A DNA stretch of 64,000 nt from NCBI GenBank assembly GCA_043228905.1, contig JBHGNT010000018.1, positions 6,448,001 through 6,512,000 on the forward strand. Reading direction: 5' to 3'. Both the position numbers and the translations under genes were made by a program. Shown piece by piece: positions 48,801 to 59,559 of the stretch (position 1 is its first letter; each line of letters opens with the position of its first letter). The DNA is from Azolla caroliniana (Eukaryota; Plantae; Polypodiophyta). The notes beneath the pieces are model-generated. The model was not told where the DNA came from. It did no database searches and saw only the letters and a list, made by a program, of their open reading frames with translations.

Positions 48801-49852
48801 TTGAGCTCTACTGTGCCGATTCCGATGATGTCACAGTGTTGTGAGTTGCCGACTCGAACTGAGTCGGAGTGACGGATCGTATATTGCCGAAATTGGGATC
48901 GATGAGGAGTCACGTGAAATGACGCGCCCGAATCCAAGAGCCACGTGCTCGATTCTTCAGTCGTGAGCAGAACTTCTGATCCGACTGGATTTTCGATTGA
49001 TAGTATATTCGGGTCGTCCGGTAGTACATCAGCTGAGAAGCTGACGTAATTGATCTCCTCATGCCGGCCACTCTTCTTGTTGTTCTTGTTCTTGAGTGCG
49101 CGGCAGTCGGCTTTGATGTGTCCGGGTTTCTTGCAGTAGTTGCAGATTCGGTTATCCCGTGACTGGCTCCGTCTTCGCTGATTGTTCGGCGGTCGTGAGG
49201 AATCTCTTCCTCGTATGTTCGATCGGTCTGTCGAACCTTGTACTACGTAAGCGTCGTCTGTTGAGTCTTTGGCGAAAGACTTTCTCCGAGCTGCTTCGGT
49301 CAGGATTGCGCTCGTGACTTCGGAGTATTTAACAGCCGTGGTTGACGCGTTGCACACGGTTGTGACGAAAGTTTCCCATGATGAGGGAAGGCTGCTCATG
49401 AGTATCATTGCTCTGAGTTCATCCTCGATTGCCATCCCCTGTGACGAGATTTGGGAGCTTATGCTTTCGTACTCGTTGAGGTGTGCTTGAACCGAATCGG
49501 ATTCTTTCATCCGCAAGTTGTAGAGGCGCCGGATCAGAAACATCTTTGTTGCGGCGACCTTCTTTTCGTAAGTGTCCGACAGTGTTTTCCACAGTTCAAA
49601 TGCTGTCGTACACGATTGCACCGTAAAGTATACCGATTCCGATAGGTGCATCCGAATCGTGGCGCGGACGATTCTGTCCAGCTTCTGCCACTCAATTGGT
49701 TTGTATCCTTCTGGAGGTTCTTCATTTTCGATGGGATCGATTTGCCCCTTGACTATGAGATAGTCCTGCATTTGCTCCTTCCAGAAGTTAAAGTTCGATC
49801 CATCGAACTTTCGTAGACTCATTTCTGACGAGCCGGATGTTGATGCCATCAA
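45836..49852 (-). CDS. gag-pol: Uninterrupted copia gag-pol polyprotein (1338 aa)
   Basis: CNYCKKPGHIKADC, WLLDSGAS, LWHRRLGH, VHSDVCGP, RTDNGGEF, QNGIAER, QLDVKTAFL, YVDD, STTEAEY, KHIDVRYHF. Confidence 0.97.
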   Translation of the reverse strand: MMASTSGSSEMSLRKFDGSNFNFWKEQMQDYLIVKGQIDPIENEEPPEGYKPIEWQKLDRIVRATIRMHLSESVYFTVQSCTTAFELWKTLSDTYEKKVAATKMFLIRRLYNLRMKESDSVQAHLNEYESISSQISSQGMAIEDELRAMILMSSLPSSWETFVTTVCNASTTAVKYSEVTSAILTEAARRKSFAKDSTDDAYVVQGSTDRSNIRGRDSSRPPNNQRRRSQSRDNRICNYCKKPGHIKADCRALKNKNNKKSGRHEEINYVSFSADVLPDDPNILSIENPVGSEVLLTTEESSTWLLDSGASFHVTPHRSQFRQYTIRHSDSVRVGNSQHCDIIGIGTVELNLAGGSTLVLHNVRHVPELSRPLISVGQLDEDGIRAGFSSGGWTLHRGNLLLARGPKIHSLYPLHVTLREGNLFLVDIPVSSLWHRRLGHLSKAGITHLSRAGYIPKLSFSDHQFCEHCQYGKQAAASHPTSAPRETRPLDLVHSDVCGPMPHQSLGGASYFVSFIDDSTRKVWAYPIRTKDRVFSIFSDWLAMVENQTDRKLKCFRTDNGGEFKSDEFVKFCRQRGIRREFTAPHSPEQNGIAERMNRTIQERIVSMLQHSRLSDGFWAEALLTAVHIINMSPSRPLGLQIPQELWIGSKPNYDKLRIFGCEAYALIPKDDRRKLAPRSRKCIFLGYGSDGEMGYRLWDPERTQIVRSSDVVFNESAMNPSVEKPIEVRRVTFSDVPTLQEGPALNTRSASRVAEPYTTDSDNSDSAQQNNPLSDHPTSIPDATSPIIPRRSERLSQPPERYSPGIFFTDAGEPTSYEEASTSVDSATWHLAMESEMHSIRANKTWDLVELPRNRRALPCKWVYRLKETSDSTTPKYKARLVAKGFRQEYGVDFDEIFSPVVKMTTLRFLLGVVAADNLELIQLDVKTAFLHGDLEEEIYMEQPKGFVATGQEHLVCRLRKSLYGLKQAPRQWYKKFDDFIQSIGFSKSDEDHCLFTNTAQDGSPIFLIIYVDDMLISGRHAGELADLIRQLRLKFAMKDLGPARHILGMKISRHRDKRHLFLSQTDYIGRVLERFNMQSAKSASTPLPMNLRLSQRDCPTSGSEGEDMKSVPYAPAVGSLMYLMVATRPDISHAVGVVSRFMHNPGRSHWNAVKHVFRYLAGTKDHGILFGPNRTSGVVGYTDSDFAGCIDSRKSTTGYCFKFGNGAISWKSKLQECTATSTTEAEYVAASDAAKEALWLGRLAHTFRQVDHDSAPVVYSDSQGAVALSKNPVHHNASKHIDVRYHFVRDCVISGKIGLEKISTTDNVADGMTKCLSADRFRSLRHQMGVTTNQSG

Positions 49853-50524
49853 ATTGGGTTTCGGTTGACGAAGCTCGGTTCGGAGTTGACTACGAGCCTT
49901 GTTGGAGTGCAGCCGGTTGGCTCACCCGATATCGTTCTAGTCGGATTTGAACCCGAGTCGGTTCGGCTTCGGAACTTGCTCGAATTGACTCCGGTAACTT
50001 GAGGGACAGAACCGACTGGTCTTCCCGAATGTCGCCGAGTCGGAGTGAGCCCGGTTCGCTTCGGATATATATGCCGAATACCGATTATTGAAACCGATTA
50101 TCTGGACCGATTCGGCTTCGGTTGACTGCAGCGATGAGAGAGACGGATCCGACTGATCCTCCCGAATGTCGATCAGCCAGATGAAGCACGAATTTGGGTT
50201 GTTGTCAGAGTTGCACAAGGGGATTTCACCTCGAGCGGTTACGATCACAGGGGACAGAGTACAACCTGCTGGCTTACTCCAAGCAAGGGGATCTAACGCG
50301 ATGAGGTGCAAACCTCGTTTTTGTTCTTCTTCTCTCTTTCTTCGAATGACGCGAATACTGTGCAGGCCGTGTTGAGGTGAAGAACCGAATGCTGTGCAGG
50401 CGGTGATGACGGCCGAACCTTGCTCTGATACCAGATGTTGTAGGCGAGGAAGGTCGTCAATGCGGAAGATCGAGAAGCATTCGATTCTCGCTGGATACCT
50501 GCGTATGACAGTCTCTAGGTCGTT

Positions 50525-50555
<31 letters not shown>

Positions 50556-52080
50556 CACACACACACACACAAAAGACTCTTTATTTCACAAAGCAACAAT
50601 ACAACAGCCCAACCTTACAAAAAGGTTACAAGGTCACTATATATAGTGACCGACTTAGGGCAACTACCCTTTATGCTAATTACATAAATGGCCAAAACGG
50701 GATAGTGTGAATACGTCCATTATACACATGTATTCGACAAAACCGATGGGTCGAACCCGAACCGGAAGGGGGCCGACTCAATCGAAACCAATCAACCGAG
50801 TCCGATTTGGCCGAATACGAATCCGATCGGAAGCCGATCTAGCTGAAAACTGATCAGACAAGACCGATCCGGAAAGAAGGTAATCCGACTCAACTGGAGG
50901 TCGAAGCAATCAAGACCGGTGAACACGAGGAAGACGCCAAACAGGCACACTACCACAGACGACAAGGGCCAAGCGGATTTGAAGGGTGTTACCAAGGATG
51001 AGATCTCGACAAAGGAGGGTTATAACATGAAGATTGTCAACTCTAACATGAGATTATACGACAAAGGTGAACAAAGTGGGAAGCATGGCACATGCACAAG
51101 ACAAGAAGGGTTATATGATCAAGAGGATCACAAGGAGCCATGACAACCGGCCATAGTAATGCAAAGAGAGAACAAAGAATATGGTGGATTGGATGACGAC
51201 AATGGTTCGGGTGGAAAATATTAGAGATCTAGGTACTAAAGTAAGCTTAAGATAAGGATAAACTAATGATAGATAGAAAGGAGAAAGAGAAAGAAGGGTG
51301 CCGATCCACCCGACCACCCCCGAGCGAAGGGATCGAGACGGACTCGAGCCTCGATCGGCGTCCCATACCACCGCCGTGGCGTCGAGTCGTACCTGGTGCT
51401 GGCACGCTCACTACAAGAGTTGACCCACCACAAGAGTAGAGTCTCGATGTAGTCAAAAGATGATCAAATGAGGGTAGCTAGGCCTCTTATTTATAGCGAT
51501 ACCCAAGGCCCCTAGGCAAGTTCACACTTGACCTAATGGGTTGTCTCAATCTCGAGGATTAAAAGTAATCCTCCCTTTCTTTACACTTTCGTTTAACCCT
51601 CACACTTATCCACGTGTATAGAATACTACGGTAAATTCTCACCACGGGATATTAAATGGTCATGCCCGTAACAGAAAGAATGGATGTGCTCAAAATGGAG
51701 AGACAAAGTCGTCATAACAAGAGAAACGAAGGGGATTGCGAGTAAAAGAGAAATACGAGAGCCGGCAACGGGTAACCGGGTGGAACAAGCAACAGAAAAC
51801 CGAAAACTGGACGGAGTCGACAACTGAACAGAACCGGAAACCGGGCGGAGCCGACTACCAAGCACGACCGGCGACGAAACCAACCGGGCGGAGACCGGAC
51901 GGACAAGACTAACAATCAACAAAAGCTTCGGCACATACTAGAGGATGTGCGGGTTTGGAGGGGGCAAGTGTCATAGTGTAATTCGCACACTACATGAAAA
52001 AATGCATTTCTGGTCTCTCCGGATAGGATATGGAGTACCCGGTGAGAACCGGAAGGACGAACCGGTAAGGATCGGACCTA

Positions 52081-52575
52081 GTATCGAGTTCCTGTTTCAA
52101 GTTTACGTTTTGTACAGGAACTCGATAGGCCGTATCGAGTTCCTGTTTCAAGTTTACGTTTTGTACAGGAACTCGATATGCCGTATCGAGTTCCTGTTTC
52201 AAGTTAATGTTTTGTATAGGAACTCGATATGCCGTATCGAGTTCTTGCTTAAAGTTTGTGTTTTAAACAGGAACTCGATACGGCGTATGGAATTCCTGTA
52301 TTATGTTCGTGTTTTATACAGGAACTCATTACCCTGTATAAAACAAAACTTTATACAGGAACTCATTACCCTGTATAAAACAAAACTTTATACAGGAACT
52401 CGATACGGCGTATCGAGTTCCTATTTAAAACACAAACTTTTAACAGGAACTTGATACGATGTATCGAGTTCTTGTATAAAACCTAAACTTCAAACAGAAA
52501 CTCAATACGCCGTATCGAGTTCCTATATAAAGTTTGTATTTTATACAGGAACTCAATACGGCGTATCCAGTTCTT
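52081..52575. repeat. Array of ~33-bp palindromes at ~51-bp period
   Basis: acaggaactcgata(c/t)g(g/c)cgtatcgagttcctgt separated by ~18-nt AT-rich linkers; about 8 palindromes plus half-units. Confidence 0.9.
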
Positions 52576-53499
52576 GAGTGCTAAAACATATTTACAAAAA
52601 TGTCCACAGTGTCAGAGGCCTACTTGGAGTCTTGGTGCTCGATTTTCTTTGAAGACATGGTGATCTTGTCAAAGTTTAGGCAGAGATCACGCTTTCGTGT
52701 TTCGTGCTCTGTGTGCTCTGTTTGGTTTATGTGCTCTTGTGCTTTGTGTGATTGAAATATGACGAGGTCTTCCTATTTATAGGGATTTACTTCAGTGGTT
52801 AAAGTAACCACAGACACCTTAACCAGGGTTGGCAAGCTTGAGGTTAGTTAGTTAGTAACCATAGTCACTTTAACTAGAGTTACTTATGATTGCATCAATG
52901 ATTACAAAGTCAAACTAACATATTGATGATTATTTTATAGTCAAAATAACATACAATGACTTTGAAGTTTAGGAAGGAACAATGATAGAGGTTCATGAAT
53001 GAACCAATGATTGATTACTCAAAGCAACATTTTTATGACTCTTAATTACTTTGTATTAAAGATGTGGGCATGAATGAACCAATGATTGAAAAGTCTTATA
53101 TTTAAAATGGTTGGCATGAATGAACCAATGACTGAGAAGTTCTATATTAAATATGGGTGCCATTAATTAACCAATGATTTTAACTTTAATCCAACATATA
53201 TATGGCTTTGTAATGATTGTAATTATATTTTACTTGATTTAACTTTATACAGACTAGTTTAAGTAATTATTAATATGTTGATTACAATTATTATATTAAA
53301 AATAATATCTTTATGTATTGTATTAATATATTATTAAATAATATAGATATTATATTGAGGGAGCTTCTGTTTAGAGAGGACTATATGTTTAGAGAGGAGC
53401 TTATCAGTTTTTTATGTTAGCCTAAGCACATAACTTAAAGAGCTCTATGTGGACCTTAAGCCATGAGTGAAGATTCACTGTTCTCGATTGAAGAATATT

Positions 53500-56230
53500 G
53501 TTTGTCATCAGATTCCTCGTTTTCTACCGAAGAGTATTGTTTGTCGACAGGTTTTTTATTGAGGAATATTGTCTGTCGACAGACTCACCATATTCTATCG
53601 AAGAGTATTGTCTGAGCTCATCTTCACCTATAACGAATGTGAATAATGACACATGTGAAGAGTTCTCTATTGAAGAATACAATATTAATAAAGATACGGA
53701 GAATGAAGGTAGTGCCAATGAAACATCGAATATCATGGGTGATGGTCACAACAAAGAATTGGATAGTAACAATGTTACACCAACTTCAATGCAGGAAGAG
53801 AAATCCGAAAGCATTATCCATATTAGAAGAATCCCACAAAGAATTTGTCTGGCTAGATTTAACTTGGTGACATCAGATAAATAGATTGGATTGGATGTCA
53901 AAAAAATATGTTGTGCCCGTGGTTGTATGTCTATGATTGGAAAATCAAAGTTGTGAGAATTAAGGTGATACTATTTTTCGATGACTGGTGATGAGCAAGA
54001 CACTTACCTCGGGTCACATATGCAACTAGTGTCTGACAAATGTACGGGGATCAAAGTATCATTCGAGTATTATATCTTCCATGCACAACAGATATGTAGA
54101 GTTGCATTTAAAATTTTGTTATGTGTTAGTAACATGTGGCTACATAGAGTACAACAACGTCTACTTAGCGGGGATCAGATGCTCAATTGTAAAGAGGTTC
54201 CAAGTATGAAAGGTGCAACATGCTATTGGTTGGATGAAAAATTAGTTTCAGTTAAATTGTGAAGTAATGCCCACTACAAGTAGGATACACCTCTCTGATA
54301 ATTACACACGTTGAGAATTTTATGATGTCTATCGATCTGATATGGTGGGGTCACGTAATAACTCTGTCACATATAGCCAATTCACAAGATTATGGAGAGC
54401 TCAGTTTTCAAATGTTATCATTCCACGTAAAGTACGCATGGGGTATTGCTCCATTTGTGCAAATCTTAAAAGTTTGGCTAAAGGTGCAAAGACATCAATG
54501 GAAAAGGATATGAGTAAGAAGTTACTACAAGAGCACCGTGAAGCACAATCATTAGAAATGAAAGAAGGAGATGCATCATAGAGAGAAGTGTTTGAAGAGG
54601 CCCGAACAATACATGTGCTTAATGATAGATGGCATGGACTAGAAGAAGACGTGATTGCCGCATATGCGGAGGCTCCCCAAAGATGTCAATGATGAGTGCC
54701 TTATTCAAATGCACTTGGTGGGATGCTTGGCTTATAATAGGTCAGTTGGACCTCACGTCTTCATTACATATCCCAATGTTCACAATGACCCTAACCTAAT
54801 AGTTACAGTGATTCACCGAGTTTTGATGTCTTGGGGCCAATCTTTCCCCCCTGTTCTATACATTCAATTGGACAATATTGCTAGAGAGAACAAAAATTCA
54901 ACTGTGCTTGGCTATCTAAGTATATTGATCAACCAAGGATTGTTTAGAAAAGGGAAAGTCCATTTTCTTTTGGTTGGCCACACACATGATCATATAGATC
55001 AGATGTTTACCACATTCTCCAAACAATTGTCTCGGCATGATGCTTTCACATTACCTAAACTATTTGATGTCATTTGTGATGCATATACACCATGCCCAAA
55101 AGTGTTACACTTGAAGGAGGTATATGACTTTAAGAGATATATATCAGATGGGGGTGTTGGGAATGTTAAAGTGCTCGCCTAGTTAAACAATATAAGCTTC
55201 AATCACATTTTTATGATAAAGAAAAATGAAATAAGTGGTTCTATGCTTTTGTATGCTAAACAATATTCATCTTCTACAACATGGGAACCTGAAGGTGGTT
55301 GCCAGTTACTACTTTATATGCCGAGTACAATTGTCCACGGATCTAAGCAAATGCCAATTGAGAAGAAAGGACAGTTGCATAGTGACTTGGTATCGGAACA
55401 AAAACGATTATGGTTGCAAGCCTTAGAAGAAAAAAGAAAGCATGTTGAGGCCGCCAAGAAATATGCCGCACAACAAGACACGTCATGGTGGGATGTATTT
55501 TATAGTGATTAGAAAGGAATTATAGACAATTGTGTATTTGGTGATAATTGGAATTTGGAAACGCCATTCACATGGTCGCTGCAACATGATGGTGTAAATA
55601 AAACTCCAGAGCAACCAACAAATGCGATTAATGACAGTTTGGTCCATCCACAACAAAGAGACATTTATGTGGGACCAAGGATGACCAAAGCAGCCGAAGC
55701 TAGATGGCAAGGCAATTTGCAAGAGCTCACGACGGGGATGTTGATTGCAACACCGGCTGATGAGAACTCACATGGCCACCAATTTTGGGTTGGTAAAATT
55801 CTAGAAGTGCTAATGCATTAAATAGAAAACACGATCAAGTCTATAAACGTTCATTGGTACAACAGTAGAAGTGCAAATGCTTTTACAGGTAAGTATACAT
55901 TGGAGATGATTGAATGCCCAGCAACAAGGGGAGGTAGGAAGAGGAAGCGAAACATTCGTAATACCTCGACCCTTGATATCTCTAATGTGGATATCATTGT
56001 GTACGACTTTGCGCTTACAAAAGCCGGACGATTAAGGAAGTCAACAATAGATATAATAAAAGAAAAATTACCAAGTCTACAAGGTGGCTCAAGTCAAAGG
56101 CAAACGAGATCTGCTACATATAATCTAGAGTCAAACCATTTGGTTTATGACGAAGATAATGCACTGATTGGTACATCCGAGGATGCCGAGGAGGAATCAT
56201 CATTGTATATTAGTTATAGTAGTTATAGTA
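53500..56230 (+). pseudogene. Degenerate DNA transposase, Sola-like/DUF7869-type
   Basis: ICCARGC, GYCSICANL, MIDGMD, YIQLDNIARENKN, FLLVGHTHDHIDQMF motifs across frameshifted ORFs; C-terminal FWVGKI..VHWY. Superfamily assignment is from memory of motifs. Confidence 0.65.
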
Positions 56231-59200
56231 GTAATCATCATTATTTGATCGGAGCTGAAGTAGTGATTGAAACGGATTGTCTTCCGATACTCGGGATGAT
56301 GCGGTGTTGTACTATACCGGATGTGGCTATGCTAAGGTGGATTGCATATGTTAAGTCACTTAATCCAGAGGTACGACACATCTTCGGAAAAGACAACGCG
56401 GTAGCGGATATGCTATCAAGGGCGCGGTTCGGAGACGACATAACCGAATCCGATAATGAAGAAGTTTCCGAAAACTACTTTGCTTCGGAGCACATATGCC
56501 GAGTAAACGTAATCTGAGAATTCCGAGAAGAAGAATACGAGGGGGAAAGCTTGATGATCGGGAAGGTGCTACAAGAGATTCAGGAATCATCGGACGATAA
56601 AGAGAAGAGAGCTGAGATCCGAAGGAAGAAGAGGCAAGTCCAAAAGTTCTTCTTGAAAAATGGATTAATATGGAGGGAGCCGAAAAGACCGGATGGCATA
56701 CCACTTCGGGTAGTCGGGACGAAAGAGCAACAAAATCGGATAATGTCCGAGTTTCACGGATCCGATTGGGTTGGACATCGAGAGACATGGGCAAAGTTTG
56801 TGCAAATCAAACAAAAATATTGGTGGAAGAATATGTACAAAGATATAACGGAGTTCATGGAAAGCTGCGAGAAGTGTCAAATCTATTCCGGAGTTCGACA
56901 CCAAGATGAGCAACATTGATGACATTCTCACCGTCAATCAACTTCAAATGGATGGTTGACATTGTAGCCCTGCCAACCGGGATTGGACAAAAGAAGTACT
57001 TGGTGTTAGCTCGGGAAGATCTCAGAAATCAAGTAGAAGGTCGAGCGCTACGAAGGAAAACGTGTTCTGCGGTATGCCAATTTCTTTTGGAGGAGGTGTC
57101 TTGCAGGTACGAGTGCGTAGGACAAGTGATTGTAGATTGGGGAGAACTCAACTCTGATAAAGCTAGGGAATTCTTCACCAAACATAGAGTTTGGTTAACA
57201 CTAACAACGGCATACAATCCGGAGGCCAACGAGAAAATCGAATGAGGACATAGTCCGATCGTCAAAGCACTTGCCAAAGAATGCGACGGAAGGGTGAAGG
57301 ATTGGCCGTAGATGCTCCCGTATGCAATATGGGTGGATCGGACGACGCATAGCTCTGTAACCGGTTATATGCCTACTGAACTTATGACCAGACAGGCACC
57401 GATAATGCCAACGGAAACCGCAATTGCAACATGGACAGTTCTACCGTGGAAGGAAGAGATCAGCCGGGAAGAACTACTAGCGGTTCGGATACGACAACTG
57501 GAGGGAAGACCAGGAGACATAGCGGAAGCAACACGCCGACAACAAGAAGTGCGATTCCGGAACAAAAGCCGATTCGACACAAAACATCGACTACGACCGC
57601 GGAAGATTGAAGAAGGTGATTGGGTGATTGTCTATGACAGTAGTTTGGATCATCAACATACAACGATACAGAAGTTCGCGAAAAGGTGGTTCCGTCCATA
57701 CGAGGTTCAGAAAGTTTTCGACAACGGAACTTACCAACTATGCGAGTTGGATGGAACGATACTACGAGTGCCTATCGCGGGGAAATGGGTGAAGATTTTT
57801 AAGAAGTGGACAGACGGTGAACCTTATGTGAGCTTAGACTAGACCGACAACGAGGAGTAATCAGACAAAGCTCGTGGTGATGCAGAAAGCGAAGAAAGTG
57901 GTCCACAATTGATAGTTTATATAAGGGAGCAACTGGGAAGTGCTACAGATGAAGACGAACAACAGGTATCGGGAACTTCGGCACATACCAGAGGATGTGC
58001 GAGTTTGATGGGGGCGAGTGTCATAGTGTAATTCGCACACTACGTGAAAATTGCATTTTTTGTTCCTCCGGATGGGACAAGGAGGAACCGGTAAGGAGAA
58101 CTGGTGAGAACCGGATGAAGGAGGACCCGGTAAGGAGAACCAGATGAAGGAGGAACCGACAAGGAGGACCTGGTAAGGAGACCCAGTAAGAAGCGGATCA
58201 AGCAAAACCAGCAAGAGCCGAATAAAGAAGACTGGTGAGAGTCTCTCACCGGATGAAGAGACAAATTTGTAAAAAGAAGAAACGATTGTTACATGCATAG
58301 GGCAAGATTCGAACCCTGTACCTCCACGTAGTGTTCTAAATTGTACTAACTTATCCTAAGTGTTCTAAATATAGATGTAATACGTATAAGACCTTTATTT
58401 ACACCTACCTTTATTAAAAGGTAAGTCATGCATTTTTAGAATGCATGAATACTTTATTTATAAGAAAAATGCACACCAATAAAAAATTACTCGTGCACAT
58501 CTAGCGAACATGAGCAGTATATTTAGGAAATAAAAGCATAGTGTAAAAAGCAACTCATGCACATTTAGTGTGCATGAACACTTTAGGAAAAGCATGAAGC
58601 TATGCTTAGCCTCTTCCATCCTTATATAAGGAGGGGAGAAAGATCTATTGTGTTGTTGATTATTTAACAAGGATTGATCAATCTAATATATTCATGGAAT
58701 TCACGAGTTTATCATCAAAATTCTCTTTCTTACAATCTAAATATTGATTAAATACACTGAACACGTGGGATTCACAAGTTTTATTTCTTACTTCTCTTTC
58801 TACCTATTCATAACTAGCCTTATCTTGTATTCTTCTTTCTCCTAGTCCAAAACCTCAGTGGTCCCCACTAGACTCACGTAACGATCCGGAGCCGAAAGGC
58901 ACGATACCGTGAACTTTGAGGGAAAGGTCACTATAACCATAAGTGGAGGCCTTCGATTCGTGGTACATGGAAGTGCAATAATATGTTGTCCCTTCACCCA
59001 TATCGTTGATGAAGTTAGTGTGTTTGTACTCAAATTGATCTATGATGAATTTGTTCTCTTGAGAATTGAATGGATTTCTTTGTTTTTTGTCTTAAATTTA
59101 GTTGTTACCTTGCAAATTTTGTTAATAAATGATGATGAGTTTTGGAAAAGAGAGAGAGAGAGAGAGATGGATAGAATATATTATTGTCTGCGGAGGTCAA

Positions 59201-59559
59201 ATATGGCCTACGAGACGAAAAGTATTACATTTCACGTGATACATGTGAAAGTGAGTAGCGACTCTCGATGTTCAGGAACTTTACCAATGAATGTTGCAAT
59301 CGAGAGTGCACATTGTGGTTGTGAGAGGATTTCATGATTGGGCTCGATCGAAGAGATGTGGAAAGCATGGTCAAGTATGATCAAAGGCAGAGCATTGTAC
59401 CGAAGTGTGATACTCAGACTCGCGAACTTGTTTAGGGTAGAGTGTGGATAACTGACCATTCTCATCACGTGTGCCCCAATGCCCTGTGTCACATCTTAAT
59501 GCATGTGAGCTAAGTTGCATGGAAGCAATGGTTCAAATGGTAGATAACGAGATGGGCTC

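Larger units (their letters stand above)
42753..50739 (-). mobile_element. Intact, young Ty1/copia retrotransposon
   Basis: TSD AAACC on both sides; 5' LTR 50436-50739; 3' LTR 42753-42990 plus 45577-45642; LTRs appear identical except in the microsatellite; PBS tRNA-iMet 50422-50433; PPT ~45643-45650. Confidence 0.95.
40510..52078 (+). mobile_element. Non-autonomous relative of the Trp-primed gypsy family nested in it; 3' LTR truncated
   Basis: 5' LTR 40510-41346; PBS tggtgaactcgacgtgaa at 41351; gag plus acidic repeat ORF (41385-42752, resuming after 50744); PPT ggaggggggcaag; 3' LTR starts 51969 and breaks at ~52078. Confidence 0.8.
38481..58906 (+). mobile_element. Ty3/gypsy LTR retrotransposon, tRNA-Trp primed, 4-bp TSD, heavily nested and with RT deleted
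   Basis: LTRs 38481-39427 and 58019-58906; TSD CCGT on both sides; PBS tggtgaacccgacgtgaa 39432-39449; gag ~39495-40500 with CIWCDSTEHDRRDC; RH-IN remnant 56240-57842 (ADMLSR, HHCC, TTAYNPEAN, GPY/F-like WFRPY). Confidence 0.9.

Noticed and set aside
52081-52575. CRISPR array
   Set aside because: Eukaryotic TE context, no cas genes, and the linkers are short and similar to each other rather than unique spacers.
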